DNA of 64,000 bases from an uncultured Planctomycetota bacterium (GCA_963841915.1 CAWJEN010000005.1:480001-544000); one strand, 5' to 3'. Positions 27,587 through 39,101 are shown, counted from the first letter of the stretch. Notes: generated from the sequence alone by a model not told the origin. Program-made: numbers and translations.

Positions 27587-30175
27587 TTACTCAGGGTAGA
27601 CCAGCGTCGGACGGTCGTCCTTTAAGAAAGTCGTCACGCTGATCGGCCCGTCGCGGGGCATCTCCACGGCGATGGCCCCGTCGCGGCCGGTCCGGTACAA
27701 CGGCACGTCGGTCACGAGGTCGTCGAGCCGCCGTTGTTTCTGACTCAGTCGGCGGCCGTCGCTGGAAATGACGTAGGCGGCGTCGACAGCCTGCAAAATC
27801 GCTTGTGTCTCCGGCTCTGTGCTGCCGTGGTGCGGGGCGACGAGCACATCGGCCCGCAGCAAGTCAGGGTCGGCGACCGCCTGCTCCAACAGGCCGACCA
27901 TCGCGTCGCGTTGGATGTCGCCCGTGATCAACATGCGGCGGCCGGCGTGTTCGAGACGCACCACGAGAGACACGTCATTGGCCGACCATTCCTCCAATGG
28001 CGCGGCAGGTGGCCACAGGACGCGCAGCGTCGTGTCGCTCGACAAGGCGATTGTCTCACCCGAAGAGACAACCCGGACCGGCAGATCAAGCCGATCAAAC
28101 TCAGCCAGAAGGTAACGGCCGGCCCCGTCGGTGGCGGCATCGCCTGCGAAGCGACTGGCGACGATCACCTCCGCCGGGTCGTACCGGGCGGCAATGTCGA
28201 CGCCCGCGTTGTAGTGGTCGGCATTGGCGTGACTGATGAGCAGCCGATCGACCTCTGCGTACCCGCCTGCCCGCAGGAAAGGGCCGATGGCCGAAGCCCA
28301 CGGCCGACCCAGCGACATGCTGCCGGCGTCGATGAGTGTCACGCCACCACCGGGAAGCTCGATCGCCGCACACTGTCCGGCACCGACGGCCAGCAGCGTC
28401 ACCCGCAGCGGCCGCTGGATCGGCGTCGTGCCGGGCCGGCCGGCGATGGGTATGACGAACACCAGCGTCGCCGTCACGATCAGGGGAATCCGAGCCGCCC
28501 ACTTCGCTGAGGCCGGCACCCAATCGGGTCGTCGAAGCCGCTGCGACGTCGTCAGCCAGAGCAAGATCAGCGACACGTAGAGCGCCAGAATCAGCCACAA
28601 CCCCGGCCGCGGAAGCGGCACGTCGGCACCGGGTAACGTCGCAAACCACTGCACAATCGCGTTCATCATCGCCACCGGTCCCGCCGCAATGTCGGCCCAC
28701 AGCCATGCCAGATCAGGCACGAGCAGCGTCAGCACGATCTTGGCGAGCCCCGCCAGGAGTGAGACGGCCACAAGGGGCGACGCGGCAAGGCTGGCCGGAA
28801 TTGCCCAGGCGTGGAACGAGCCGAAGTGCAGAGCGACGAGCGGCATGGACGCCACCCACGCCACCAAGGCTGCGGCCAAACCGGTGATCATCCGCTCATC
28901 GACCCGCGCCGCCAGCCGGACCAGCCGATCGTCCCGTCTGGCAAGGCTGGCATCGTCGTCGGGTCCCGTCGCCCCCTGCAGGTACCGCCGCACGCCACCA
29001 GAAAGCAACATCAGGCACAGAACGGCGACGAAGCTGAGCTGGAAGCCGGCGCGGTAGAGGTCGAGCGGCGTGATGACGAGCAACACGACCGCCGCCGCAG
29101 CGAGGAGTTGCACGCCTGCGGCGCGGCGTGACAACAACAGGCCGACGCCAAAGCTCAACGCCAGCAACGTCGCCCGCAGAACCGGCGGTGACGGATCGGC
29201 GGCAAAGGCATACATCAAGATGATCAGCCCGGTGAGCGTCGTCGCGACCTTCGGCCCGGCTCCGAGCAGGCGAACGAGCCCGAACGCGATGCCGCCGATG
29301 ATGCCGACGTGCAACCCGCTGACGGCCAAGAAGTGACTGGTTCCACTGGCGCGGAACGCTTCGCGGGCGTCGGCCATGGCCGGGTCGCGATCGCCGAGCA
29401 GCATCATGCGAAGCAACGCCGCCTCGTTTCGCTGATGCGCATCGAATCCGGCGGAGAAGGCCTGACGGATGACGCTGCGAAAGCGACGAGCCGGCGAAGG
29501 CGGCGGAGAGGCGAGCAGTTCGATCGTCGCCGGGCCGTCGGTGCGAAAGCTCGTCGGCGTTCGGCGACCGCGATAATAATTGGCGTAGTCGAACTGACCT
29601 GCATTGACGGCTGGCCCGGGCCGTTCAAGCCAGCCGAACAGGCGAACGATGTCTCCACCACCAAGACGCGGGTCGGGTCGGCTGATCTGGAGTAGCGTGC
29701 GACCGCTCGCCGATTGCCATTTCTCGCGGGTGCGGACGGCCGAAACGTCGACGAGCGTCGCCATGCGTGGCGGCAGCGGGCGGCCGATGTCGTTGGGCCG
29801 AATCAGCCGCGGGTCGTCGACGATCGTCCCCTCGATCCACGCCAGGCTCGGCTCGTCGCTGGCGAACCTGGCAATGTCGTCGACAGCAAAGCGGTAGTGG
29901 GCGACCTGAGCTGCCGTCAAGCCCAAGGCGATGAAGGCGATGACAAGCAACCCGCTCGCGACGCCACTGTGCCGCAAGAGCAGCGATGCGACGGTGAGGC
30001 TCACCGCGATCGCCATCCACGCCCATGGCACGATCGGCAATAGCTCGTGCAGCAAAATGCCACCGACTAAACCTAATGCTGCCGGGACAAAGGGGTGTTT
30101 AGCCGGTAGCGCGGCACGAAGCCGATCGCCCGGCACCCGGCCCTGCGTCGGCCAGGCTTTCGGCGAAGCGGGCAC
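27587..30175 (-). CDS. comEC: ComEC/Rec2 competence protein
   Basis: GTSHFLAVSGLH, PPVLRA, AGFQLSF, metallo-beta-lactamase SHANADH, NDVSLV, PHHGS. Confidence 0.93.
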   Translation of the reverse strand: MPASPKAWPTQGRVPGDRLRAALPAKHPFVPAALGLVGGILLHELLPIVPWAWMAIAVSLTVASLLLRHSGVASGLLVIAFIALGLTAAQVAHYRFAVDDIARFASDEPSLAWIEGTIVDDPRLIRPNDIGRPLPPRMATLVDVSAVRTREKWQSASGRTLLQISRPDPRLGGGDIVRLFGWLERPGPAVNAGQFDYANYYRGRRTPTSFRTDGPATIELLASPPPSPARRFRSVIRQAFSAGFDAHQRNEAALLRMMLLGDRDPAMADAREAFRASGTSHFLAVSGLHVGIIGGIAFGLVRLLGAGPKVATTLTGLIILMYAFAADPSPPVLRATLLALSFGVGLLLSRRAAGVQLLAAAAVVLLVITPLDLYRAGFQLSFVAVLCLMLLSGGVRRYLQGATGPDDDASLARRDDRLVRLAARVDERMITGLAAALVAWVASMPLVALHFGSFHAWAIPASLAASPLVAVSLLAGLAKIVLTLLVPDLAWLWADIAAGPVAMMNAIVQWFATLPGADVPLPRPGLWLILALYVSLILLWLTTSQRLRRPDWVPASAKWAARIPLIVTATLVFVIPIAGRPGTTPIQRPLRVTLLAVGAGQCAAIELPGGGVTLIDAGSMSLGRPWASAIGPFLRAGGYAEVDRLLISHANADHYNAGVDIAARYDPAEVIVASRFAGDAATDGAGRYLLAEFDRLDLPVRVVSSGETIALSSDTTLRVLWPPAAPLEEWSANDVSLVVRLEHAGRRMLITGDIQRDAMVGLLEQAVADPDLLRADVLVAPHHGSTEPETQAILQAVDAAYVISSDGRRLSQKQRRLDDLVTDVPLYRTGRDGAIAVEMPRDGPISVTTFLKDDRPTLVYPE

Positions 30176-30184
30176 AAAGTGAAG

Positions 30185-31036
30185 CTAACGAAGCGGTGCC
30201 GATTCGACTAGTTCCGGCCGCATCATCGCACAGGTGACGTCGACGACCTGCCGCATCGCCCGCACGTCGTGGACCCGTACCGCCACCGCGCCGTGCGTGA
30301 TAGCCCAGGCCGCCGTCGCAGCCGTGCCGAACTGTCGACGGTCACTGTCGAGCTCGCCCGTCAGCGTGCCGATGAACCGTTTGCGACTGGTGCCGATCAG
30401 CAGCGGATGACCGAGGTCGGCCAGTCGCCGCGTCGCCGCCAGCAGGTCGAGATTGTGACGCATCGTCTTACCGAAGCCGATGCCGGGGTCGAGCATGACA
30501 CGAGACTGCTCGACACCGACGGCTGCGACACGTTCCTGCAGAAAGCTTGCAACCTCGGCGACGACATCGCCGTACGTCGGCTGTTGCTGCATCGTCCGCG
30601 GCGTGCCGAGCATGTGCATCAGCACCACGCCGGTCGCACGGCACATCACGGCCGACATTCTTTCGTCGCCTCGACCTGCAGTGACGTCATTGATGATCGA
30701 CGCGCCTTCACCCAATGCCGCGTCGGCCACGTCGGCGTCGGCGGTGTCGATGCTGACGACCACGCCGCGTGCGACTGCCGCTCGGACCGCGGGCAAAACG
30801 CGATGGATCTGCTCGCCCGCCTCGACCGGCTCGCTGCCGGGTCGTGTGCTCTCGCCACCGACGTCGATCCAGTCGGCCCCTTCGCCCGCCATCGCCCGCA
30901 CGCGTTCCGCGGCGTCTTCGGGCGAGAGGTACAGCCCGCCGTCGCTGAAGCTGTCGGGTGTGGCGTTGAGCACGCCGACGACGAGCGGGCGACGGTCCAC
31001 GTCGTTGAACCAGCTCGGCAATTCGTCTGGCGACAT
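30185..31036 (-). CDS. folP: Dihydropteroate synthase
   Basis: NATPDSFSDGG, DVGGESTRPG, DPGIGFGK, SRKRF, RVHDV. Confidence 0.96.
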   Translation of the reverse strand: MSPDELPSWFNDVDRRPLVVGVLNATPDSFSDGGLYLSPEDAAERVRAMAGEGADWIDVGGESTRPGSEPVEAGEQIHRVLPAVRAAVARGVVVSIDTADADVADAALGEGASIINDVTAGRGDERMSAVMCRATGVVLMHMLGTPRTMQQQPTYGDVVAEVASFLQERVAAVGVEQSRVMLDPGIGFGKTMRHNLDLLAATRRLADLGHPLLIGTSRKRFIGTLTGELDSDRRQFGTAATAAWAITHGAVAVRVHDVRAMRQVVDVTCAMMRPELVESAPLR

Positions 31037-31058
31037 CGGTTCACCTTACCGTCGCCAC

Positions 31059-31877
31059 ATGCCGCGACGATTGACAGACTACAAGGGCGTTCTGCTGGAT
31101 CTCGACGGCACGCTCGTCCGCCAAGACAAAGCGCTCAGCGGCGCGGCCGACCTTGTGCGTCACCTGCAACAGGCGGGTGTGCCGATGCTTGTCGTGACGA
31201 ACTCGACGAACGGGCCGGACGTCGTGGTAGAGCGACTGGCCAAGGCCGGTATGGCCGTGGGAGCCGACGGGGTCCTGACCGCCGCCGCTGCGGCGGTGGA
31301 CACCATTGCCGCACAGGCGCAGCGGTCGCATGACAGGCGACCACGCATCTTCAACCTCGGCCAGCCCGACATCGACAGCCTCATCACCGCCGTCGGCACG
31401 TTGGTCGACAATACACAATCGCCCTGCGACGCTGTCCTCGCCGGCACGCCCGGCAACGCCAAGGCCACCGACGAGCGCCGACGCGTGGCTTTGCAGCTAT
31501 TGCGTGACGGTGCCGAGCTTGTCGGCGTCTGTGCCGACCGCATTTACCCCAGCAGTCGCGGCATTGAATTCGGGTGCGGCGCGTTCTGTGCGATGCTCGG
31601 GTACGCCGCCGGTGTGCGTGCACGCTTTTGCGGCAAGCCGGAGCGAGCGTTTTTCGATGATGCACTCGCCCGGCTTGGTCACCCGCCGCCGGGCGACGTG
31701 CTCATCATCGGTGACAACCTCGAAGCCGACATTCTGGGCGGCAAGGCGGCGGGTATGAGAACCGGCCTGGTCCTCGGTGGTGTGACACGGCAGCGCGACA
31801 TCGAGAGCCTCGGCGATGTCATGCGACCGACGTTTATGGTCGACGACCTGCCGTCGCTGCTGAACAACCTCGGCTGA
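31059..31877 (+). CDS. HAD-IIA (NagD-like) hydrolase
   Basis: DLDGTL, VTNST, GKPE, IGDNLEADILGG. Confidence 0.9.
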   Translation: MPRRLTDYKGVLLDLDGTLVRQDKALSGAADLVRHLQQAGVPMLVVTNSTNGPDVVVERLAKAGMAVGADGVLTAAAAAVDTIAAQAQRSHDRRPRIFNLGQPDIDSLITAVGTLVDNTQSPCDAVLAGTPGNAKATDERRRVALQLLRDGAELVGVCADRIYPSSRGIEFGCGAFCAMLGYAAGVRARFCGKPERAFFDDALARLGHPPPGDVLIIGDNLEADILGGKAAGMRTGLVLGGVTRQRDIESLGDVMRPTFMVDDLPSLLNNLG

Positions 31878-31897
31878 GCATCGACGTACCGTGCAGA

Positions 31898-33931
31898 ATG
31901 TCTGCTATTCGCGTGCTGATCGCTGCTGCTGCATTGCTCGCTCTACCAGCCGCGGCCCAGGAGGACAATGCGACGCTGCCCGACACGTCGCAGCTCTACG
32001 CGGGCCAGATTGATCGCATAGAAGATGACGCCGCACGCCTGGTTCGCCAGCGGGCGACGATCGGCAACGGTGACACGACGCTCATCGACCTGCAGATCGA
32101 TCTGCGTCTGCTCCGCCGGGCTGTGCTGGAGGCAGCCAAGGTTGGGGCTGATGAACCGGCGGCACGCGTCGCGGCTCTACGGGAGGCGGACCTGGCGACG
32201 CTCATCGACGCGGTCGACGCACTCAACGCAGTACCTGGAGACGGCATCGAAGCCGCCCGGCAGCTCAACGAACGCAGCTACGCCGTTGATCCCGACGCTC
32301 ACCCGGACACGATGATTCGCGGCGTCGGGCAGTTGACACTCATCGCACTAGGCCGGTCGGGTGAGGCACGTTCGCTGCCGACGATGCGACCGGCGGTGCT
32401 TCCCCCAGTTGACGCTCCGGCAGAGGTAGTTGAGACGCTGGATGCAACGCCGACGGATCTGGCCGGGCAGGTGCGGGCATTGCCGGTGACGGTGGAGCTT
32501 CGCCGGGCGCTGGAGTCGGTCGTGGCCGAGTCGCAGGCGGAACCGGCGCTACTGCCCACGGCGCGGCAGGCTGTCGGACTTGCCCGTGCGGTTGCCGGTA
32601 ACACAGCCGGCCTGACGCCCGGCGAGCGGCGGAATGTCGAGACTGATCTGACGACGGCTGTGCTGCTCTCGCTCGATCCGCGCCTGCGCGATGCAGGCAT
32701 AAAGCGTCTGCAGAACTTCGCCTCGCTGGCCGACGTCGCCGCGGCCATGGACACGGTGCCGGCCGGTGGTGGCGAGTTGGCGAATCTTGTCGCCGCTGCG
32801 CGTCGGGACTCGATCTGGACCGCTCAATTGCTGGTCGTGGTAGGCGACTTCTACACCGAAGAAGCGCGTCACGACGCGTTGACGAACGTGCGGGAGATTC
32901 CGCCGGCATTCAGATCATCGATGGAGCAACTGGCAGGTAACTATGACCGCCGCCGGCTCAAGATCGTCGAAGCTGCCAAGCGTTTTGGCGTCGACGACGG
33001 CCAGCGGTCGGCGCTGTTCGATGCCGATCCCGACGACTTCACCGCGTGGGTCGGCGAGCTGCGCCGGATCAACGACGTACGCACCGCTGCGACAGCGATT
33101 GCAACGCGGCTGACGGTTGTGGAGCAGACCCTGCAGGTTCGCCCAACAGGCGCGCTGCAGAGGACGGCCGCGCGTTCACTCGTGCGGGCATCGGCCATGG
33201 GTGAGACGGTTGACCGCGTTGCCGCCGAGGCAGAGGTGCTCGCCGCCGGTCAAATCGCCAACGCGCTAGCCGTCAACGAACAGCTTCGCGAGCAACTGCA
33301 GTCGCTGACACCCGACTTGGCTCGTGCGGTCGGGCTCGACGACCCGATGACCTTGGCTGACCAGCATCTGGCCGTCACGGCAGAGGTTGCCAATTCCTTA
33401 GCGAACAACCTGCTCGACGCGACGGCGATCCAGACGGTGGCGACGACGCTTGATGCCTACCCGCAGCTTGCCGACGCGCTGGCGGCGTTGCCGGAGCTGG
33501 AGGCGGCGTACGAGGCGGCCGACACGCTGCAGCCGTGGGCCGACTGGTCAATCACGAGCGAAGCGGCGGCGGCATTTTTCGAGCCGTACCGGAGCACACT
33601 CGCCCGCGCGATCGGTGAGGCCGGCACCACAGAAGGACCCGCCGCCTGGGACGCGTTTGCGGTCGAGCGTGATCGGGTCGAGCCGATGACACAGTTCCTG
33701 CAGGCAGCTTCGCGATATGCGCAGGCGGCGTGGCCGGCCGATGACGCTGTCGTGGCCGCGGCGGCACGACTCGACACGCCGTCCCTCGATCAGCCGTTCG
33801 AGGCAGAGCGGTACGTCTCCTCGGCGCTGACGGCCTGGGTGTCGACGCGGAAGGACCCGAAGCTCGATCGCCTTGTCAGCGACGTGATTCTGCAACAGCT
33901 TGCCGACGGTTTCGAGTCTGGGCCAAAGTGA
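31898..33931 (+). CDS. Secreted helical hypothetical protein
   Basis: 677-aa ORF with signal peptide ending AAA-Q; Ala-rich; no motif recognised. Confidence 0.65.
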   Translation: MSAIRVLIAAAALLALPAAAQEDNATLPDTSQLYAGQIDRIEDDAARLVRQRATIGNGDTTLIDLQIDLRLLRRAVLEAAKVGADEPAARVAALREADLATLIDAVDALNAVPGDGIEAARQLNERSYAVDPDAHPDTMIRGVGQLTLIALGRSGEARSLPTMRPAVLPPVDAPAEVVETLDATPTDLAGQVRALPVTVELRRALESVVAESQAEPALLPTARQAVGLARAVAGNTAGLTPGERRNVETDLTTAVLLSLDPRLRDAGIKRLQNFASLADVAAAMDTVPAGGGELANLVAAARRDSIWTAQLLVVVGDFYTEEARHDALTNVREIPPAFRSSMEQLAGNYDRRRLKIVEAAKRFGVDDGQRSALFDADPDDFTAWVGELRRINDVRTAATAIATRLTVVEQTLQVRPTGALQRTAARSLVRASAMGETVDRVAAEAEVLAAGQIANALAVNEQLREQLQSLTPDLARAVGLDDPMTLADQHLAVTAEVANSLANNLLDATAIQTVATTLDAYPQLADALAALPELEAAYEAADTLQPWADWSITSEAAAAFFEPYRSTLARAIGEAGTTEGPAAWDAFAVERDRVEPMTQFLQAASRYAQAAWPADDAVVAAAARLDTPSLDQPFEAERYVSSALTAWVSTRKDPKLDRLVSDVILQQLADGFESGPK

Positions 33932-34029
33932 CGGCATCAGCGGGTCGATGCACGGCTTGAGGGTGGTTGCCTGACGGCTGCCCCACACGCCCGCGACCTG
34001 GTGGTCGCGTCACTTCGACCCAGATTGCC

Positions 34030-34887
34030 ATGGCCTCCTCCGGAACCGTTCAGACGCCGATTCAGCTCTACTTGCGTCAGATCAACGACTCACCGTTGTT
34101 GACCGCCGACGAGGAGAAGATGCTGGCCCGCCGCATCATCCACCAGCAGGACATGGCCGCCCGCGAGCGGATGGTCCGCAGCAACCTGCGGCTCGTCGTC
34201 AACATCGCCAAGCACTATCAGCACCGCGGCATGCCGCTGATGGACCTGATCGAAGAGGGCAACATCGGCCTGCTCAAAGCTGTCGAAGGATTCGACCCGG
34301 AGAACGGGGCACGCTTTAGCACCTACGCAAGCTGGTGGATCAAGCAGGCGATCAAGCGGGCGCTCATCAACGGCGTTCAGCCCATTCACATTCCGGCGTA
34401 CATGGTCGAGCTCATGACGCGCTTCCGCCGCAACACCAAGGCGCTGACCGACGAGATCGGCCGCCCGCCGAGCGATGCGCAGCTGCGCCGCTCGATGGAA
34501 GTGACGGAAAAGAAGTTCGGCATCATCAAGCAAGCGATCAAGGCGTACCACAGCCCGACGCAGTTCGTCGGTGCCGCCGGGCGCGACGGGGACGAGATGC
34601 AGATTGCCGATGTCGTTCGCGACGGCTGCCCGACGCCCGACGAAGAGACGATGAACTTCGACGACCTCGAGCGGATGCACGAACTGCTGGAGAACATCGA
34701 CGAGCGTGCCGCCACGATCCTTCGCCTCCGCTTCGGCCTGGGTGGCGGTGAGCCGATGACACTCAAGGAGATCGGCACCCACGTCGGCCTCACCCGCGAG
34801 CGCGTCCGCCAGATCGAACACGAAAGCGTCGCCCGCCTGCGGGAGACCATGATCGGTGACAACGTCGGTAAGCAGATTGCGGCTTGA
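34030..34887 (+). CDS. RNA polymerase sigma-70 factor, RpoD/RpoS-like, lacking region 1.1
   Basis: NLRLVVNIAKHY, DLIEEGNIGL, RFSTYASWWIKQAI, TLKEIG..LTRERVRQIE. Confidence 0.93.
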   Translation: MASSGTVQTPIQLYLRQINDSPLLTADEEKMLARRIIHQQDMAARERMVRSNLRLVVNIAKHYQHRGMPLMDLIEEGNIGLLKAVEGFDPENGARFSTYASWWIKQAIKRALINGVQPIHIPAYMVELMTRFRRNTKALTDEIGRPPSDAQLRRSMEVTEKKFGIIKQAIKAYHSPTQFVGAAGRDGDEMQIADVVRDGCPTPDEETMNFDDLERMHELLENIDERAATILRLRFGLGGGEPMTLKEIGTHVGLTRERVRQIEHESVARLRETMIGDNVGKQIAA

Positions 34888-35039
34888 GGATCACCCTGTA
34901 GACCGCATCGGTGTCAGCCGGTTCTGCATCTGCGGATCTGAAAGCACGTTCCGCAGCCTCGTGCGAAGAAGAGCGTTGATCAGCTAAGGCGAATCGTCGA
35001 TGCAGCTTCTTAGCATCGCCCGTGCCGGGTCCTACGCGA

Positions 35040-36509
35040 ATGCTGAACCGGCCTGCATCGACAGCAGGCATTCTCATCGCGGGTCTCGTCTTCCTGACGC
35101 TCTTGACTCGCGTGCTGGGGCCGGTCGATCTCAACGGGACCGACCAGCATCGGACCATGAGCTACACGCTCGACATGCTGCTCCGCGGCGGAGAAGCTTT
35201 CGTGTTGCCTCAGGATTCGTGGGGGTTTGGGGCGACGAAGCCACCCTTGTACAACTGGATCGGGCTGCCGTTCTTGTGGCTGCTTGGCCCGCTGGAGCTT
35301 GTTTATAAGCTGCCTGCCTTGCTAAGTACGTTGATCGCAACGGCGGCCGTCGCAGTGGCCGGTTGGCGACTCGGAGACCGCTCGCGTCAACGGGTGGTGC
35401 TGGCCGTTCTGGCGGTGGCTGCGTTCCTGCTCAACACGACGATCATCAAGCTCGTCTACTACGCCAGGCCAGACATGCCGCTCGTGGCGTGCGTGGCCGT
35501 TGCGTGGTTGGCGGCAACTTTGGGGCTGGCCAGGGCTGACGAGGGCGAACCCGCTGGTCGTCACGCCGTCGTCTTTTGGCTCGCCGTTGCTTTGGGCCTG
35601 CTGGCGAAAGGGCCGCCTGCGTTGCTCGTCGTGGCCTACGCATTTCTCGCCGCTCGGGTCTGCTTCGGGAAGTGGTCGCTGGTCCGCTCGCTTTGGCCGG
35701 GTATCGGGTTGCCGCTGGCCCTTGCACCGTTCGCAGCGTGGCTGGTCGGAGCGTTTGCCATCGACGCCAGCCACGCGGGTGGCGTGCTCGTGGGCGAAGA
35801 GGTTGGCCGCGTCAGTGACGGGGCGTGGCTGATTCTCGAGGACATTTACAAGGTGCCTTTGAACTTCGTCGAGAAGTTCTTCCCGTGGTCGATCTGCGTC
35901 ATCGTGGCAGCCGTGCTGGCGAGTCAAGGCGTCGGACTATGGCGGAGCAAAGCCGGGCCGGGCGTGTTGCTCGTGCTCGTCTTCGTGGCTGCGTTGTCGC
36001 TGTCAGCGGGGAAGCGAAGCGTCTATCTGGCCCCAACCTACGCCGTCGCTGCGCCATTGGCGGCCCTTGGGCTGCTTCTGCTCTGGAACGTGCTGGGCAG
36101 GTGGCGCTCGGTGCTCATCGCTGTGCCGCTGATCGGGCTGGGCATGACGCTTTGGTACGTCTTCGTCGACAGCTATCCGGCCTCCACCGGGCGAGGCGAT
36201 CGGCTTAAAGCCTTCGCCGCAGCTGTAGACTCGACCGCCGGTAACGACGGCATTGTCTTCGGCGACGCAGGAAATAACCCGCTCCAGAGCCTGCTGGGTC
36301 GACATCAAGCGTCGCGGCCTGCGCTGAGGCCGGTTTGGGTGGTGACGCGTGTGACACCTGACAACGTCGACGACGCGGTGAAGCGGTCGGGGCAGCTTTG
36401 GGAAGGACTCGACGGGAACGAGACCCGCGGCGTCTTTGAGCTCGGGTTGTTCCACGTGGAACAGCAGGGCGACGGCACCGAAGTGCCTTTGCCCGCGACC
36501 ACCAACTAG
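35040..36509 (+). CDS. ArnT/GT39-like membrane glycosyltransferase
   Basis: [35 protein letters not shown]. Confidence 0.85.
   Translation: MLNRPASTAGILIAGLVFLTLLTRVLGPVDLNGTDQHRTMSYTLDMLLRGGEAFVLPQDSWGFGATKPPLYNWIGLPFLWLLGPLELVYKLPALLSTLIATAAVAVAGWRLGDRSRQRVVLAVLAVAAFLLNTTIIKLVYYARPDMPLVACVAVAWLAATLGLARADEGEPAGRHAVVFWLAVALGLLAKGPPALLVVAYAFLAARVCFGKWSLVRSLWPGIGLPLALAPFAAWLVGAFAIDASHAGGVLVGEEVGRVSDGAWLILEDIYKVPLNFVEKFFPWSICVIVAAVLASQGVGLWRSKAGPGVLLVLVFVAALSLSAGKRSVYLAPTYAVAAPLAALGLLLLWNVLGRWRSVLIAVPLIGLGMTLWYVFVDSYPASTGRGDRLKAFAAAVDSTAGNDGIVFGDAGNNPLQSLLGRHQASRPALRPVWVVTRVTPDNVDDAVKRSGQLWEGLDGNETRGVFELGLFHVEQQGDGTEVPLPATTN
36448..36463. promoter_or_regulatory. parS site
   Basis: Perfect palindrome TGTTCCACGTGGAACA inside the 3' end of the glycosyltransferase gene. 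Confidence 0.85.
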
Positions 36510-37789
36510 ACGTCGAGCAGGAGACGTGCCGGGTCTTCAAGCAGGGTCTTGAGTCGGACGAGGAAGCTGACGCTCTCCTTGCCGTCGACGATGCGGTGGT
36601 CGTAGCTGAGGGCCACGTACATCATCGGTCGGATCTTGACCTCACCGTCGACGGCCATGGGGCGTTGCTGGATCGTGTGCATGCCCAGGATGCCCGATTG
36701 CGGGGCATTGATGATGGGCGTGCTGAGCAGGCTGCCAAAGACGCCGCCGTTGGTGATGGTGAAGGTGCCACCCGACATGTCGGGCAGGCCCAGCTTGCCG
36801 TCCCGGGCGGCCAGGGCGACCCGCTTGATCTCCTTCTCGACCGTCGCGAACGACATGTCCTGCACGTTCTTGATGACGGGCACCGTCAGGCCACGCTCGG
36901 TGCTGACCGCTACGCCCAGGTTGACGTAGTCGTGGTAGACGATGTCGTCACCGTCGATGCGGGCGTTGACCCGCTCGAACTCGCCCAGTGCCACAGCCGC
37001 AGCCTTGCTGAAAAAGCTCATGAAGCCCAGACCCACGCCATGCTTCTCGCCGAAGGGCTCCTTGTACTTCTTACGAAGTTCCATGACTTCCGTCAGGTCA
37101 ACTTCGTTGAACGTCGTTAGGATGGCTGCACTCTGCTGGGCGGCGAGCAGGTTGCGGGCGATGCTCTTGCGCATCCGGCCCATCGCCACGCGACGCGTCG
37201 GCTGACCGGTTGCGCCGACCGTCGCCACACCCGACGCCTGTGCCGGTGGCTTGCTCGCAACAGCCGGCTCGGCCCTAGGTGCCTGCTTCGACTCGGCAGC
37301 GGTGTCGACAAGGGCCAGCACGTCTTCCTTCGTCAGCCGACCGTTAGGGCCGGTCGCCTTGATCGTCGCCGGGTCGATGTTCTTCTCACTGACGATGCGG
37401 CGGACGGCCGGTGACAGGTCGGCCAAGACGTCCGTCGACACCTTCGACGTGCTACCGGCCTGCGGCTCGGCGGTGGGCTTGGCGTCGTCGGCGGGTTGCT
37501 TGGCCTCGGCAGGGGCGTCGGCCGAGGACGTGGCGTCGCCGGCGGTCTTGTCGGTGTCGATCCTGGCAGCCACGTCACCGATGGCCAGCGTGTCACCGAC
37601 CTCGGCAACGATGGCCGTCACGACGCCTGCAAACGGTGCGGGCATGTCGACGTTGGCCTTGTCCGTCTCGACCTCGGCCAGCGGCTCGTCAGCCTCGACA
37701 AACTGACCGACTGCCACGTGCCAACTCAGAATCGTGACCTCGGCCACGCTCTCAGCTACTTCGGGAACGACGACGTCTTGCTCGGGCAT
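36506..37789 (-). CDS. sucB: 2-oxoglutarate dehydrogenase E2 (dihydrolipoyl succinyltransferase)
   Basis: Lipoyl VETDK, SPAVRR E3-binding domain, [34 protein letters not shown]. Confidence 0.95.
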   Translation of the reverse strand: MPEQDVVVPEVAESVAEVTILSWHVAVGQFVEADEPLAEVETDKANVDMPAPFAGVVTAIVAEVGDTLAIGDVAARIDTDKTAGDATSSADAPAEAKQPADDAKPTAEPQAGSTSKVSTDVLADLSPAVRRIVSEKNIDPATIKATGPNGRLTKEDVLALVDTAAESKQAPRAEPAVASKPPAQASGVATVGATGQPTRRVAMGRMRKSIARNLLAAQQSAAILTTFNEVDLTEVMELRKKYKEPFGEKHGVGLGFMSFFSKAAAVALGEFERVNARIDGDDIVYHDYVNLGVAVSTERGLTVPVIKNVQDMSFATVEKEIKRVALAARDGKLGLPDMSGGTFTITNGGVFGSLLSTPIINAPQSGILGMHTIQQRPMAVDGEVKIRPMMYVALSYDHRIVDGKESVSFLVRLKTLLEDPARLLLDV

Positions 37790-37860
37790 CTGCTGGGGCT
37801 CTCGTTGGGGAAGGAAGGTTGCACGAAGCATACCGCCGTCGATGTGCGACGCACGCCAAG

Positions 37861-37876
37861 CGTTCTACGTGGAACA
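37861..37876. promoter_or_regulatory. Degenerate parS site
   Basis: CGTTCTACGTGGAACA, 14/16 identical to the perfect copies. Confidence 0.6.
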
Positions 37877-37935
37877 TCCTCTTACGTCGAACATCGGTAG
37901 TTGCTTCGAGGGCGTTGCGTGCGGAACATGCGGGT

Positions 37936-38988
37936 ATGCCCGTCCCGAAGTCGCTCTGTGTTGCCGCCGCCGTCTCGCTTGTGCTGGGCGGCTGTGCCTC
38001 TGATCCGGCTCCACTTGCTGCGCTAGACGACGCCAACGCACCTTCCATTGCCGACGTGCAGGCCGACGCCGACAGCTCGTACCTGGCCCTTGTCGACACG
38101 AAACCTGCGGAGCAGATTCCGATGTACGACGGCCTTACCGCAGAGCCCGTCACCGGTCGCGACCTGCAAATGCGGCTGACCGAGGCCGACGTTGTGGTCA
38201 TCGGCGAGGTACACGACGACGCGCTGGCAGGTCCGATCGAGCAGCGTCTCGTCGCCGCCGCCTTACCGGGCCAAGACGGCACGGGCGCTCTGACGCTCGA
38301 AGCCCTGGAGCGTGGCCGCTCGACCGCTGACAGCCTGGCCGATTGGCCCGACGCGGGCGAGCAGTACAAGCAGCTCATCACGATCGCCCGTCGGGCGGGC
38401 GTGCCGATTTTGCCCGCCAACGCCCAACGCGTTGACGCCGCCCGTGCCCGCGTCGAAGGCGAAGCCGCCATGCGAGCGGGCGAAGGCTTCGGCGTCGACT
38501 ACGAGCTGCCGACCGCCGAAGAGCGTGAGGCGCTGGCCGACTACGAGAAGGCGTTCGAAGACGTTTTTGCGGAGCTGAGCAAGCTCGAAGGCTCTGCCAA
38601 GGCGCCATCGACGCAGCCGGGACGCGCGGTCAGCGACTTCTACACGGCACAGCTCGTGTGGGACGCGACAATGGCCGACTCCATCGCCACGGCGTACGGG
38701 CAGCACGGGTCGCCGATCGTCCACGTCGTCGGCGGCTTCCACAGCGAGTTTGAAGGTGGCCTGACGACGCTGCTCGAGCGTCGCGGCCTCGACGTGCTGA
38801 CGATCAGCATTCTGCCCGTCGAGGCCGAACGCCTCCGCACCGAAGACGTGGGCCGCGCCGATGTCGTGCTTTACACCGGTCCAGAACGTCCGATGCGCTG
38901 GACGACGCTCGCGACCCGACCGACGACTCAACCAACAACGCTACCGGCGACGCGGCCGACCACGGCTGCGACACGACCCGGCGTCTAA
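37936..38988 (+). CDS. ChaN-like (haem-binding/TIKI-EreA fold) lipoprotein
   Basis: Lipobox LGGC; DVVVIGEVHD, LTLE, AQLVWDATMADSI, VGGFHSE. Confidence 0.8.
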   Translation: MPVPKSLCVAAAVSLVLGGCASDPAPLAALDDANAPSIADVQADADSSYLALVDTKPAEQIPMYDGLTAEPVTGRDLQMRLTEADVVVIGEVHDDALAGPIEQRLVAAALPGQDGTGALTLEALERGRSTADSLADWPDAGEQYKQLITIARRAGVPILPANAQRVDAARARVEGEAAMRAGEGFGVDYELPTAEEREALADYEKAFEDVFAELSKLEGSAKAPSTQPGRAVSDFYTAQLVWDATMADSIATAYGQHGSPIVHVVGGFHSEFEGGLTTLLERRGLDVLTISILPVEAERLRTEDVGRADVVLYTGPERPMRWTTLATRPTTQPTTLPATRPTTAATRPGV

Positions 38989-39085
38989 GTGTTTGGTGAA
39001 ACACAAGGTCGCTGCGGCTCTACGGGCCGCCGATCTGTTGCGCCGCGGCGGCCATCTGGGGTTGGCGGGGCGGGGCGGAGCCGAT

Positions 39086-39101
39086 TGTTCCACGTGGAAC
39101 A
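39086..39101. promoter_or_regulatory. parS site
   Basis: Perfect TGTTCCACGTGGAACA, intergenic. Confidence 0.9.

Noticed and set aside
38990..39003. TGTTTGGTGAAACA as a fifth parS site
   Set aside because: Only 14 bp and the central palindrome is broken; at most a half-site
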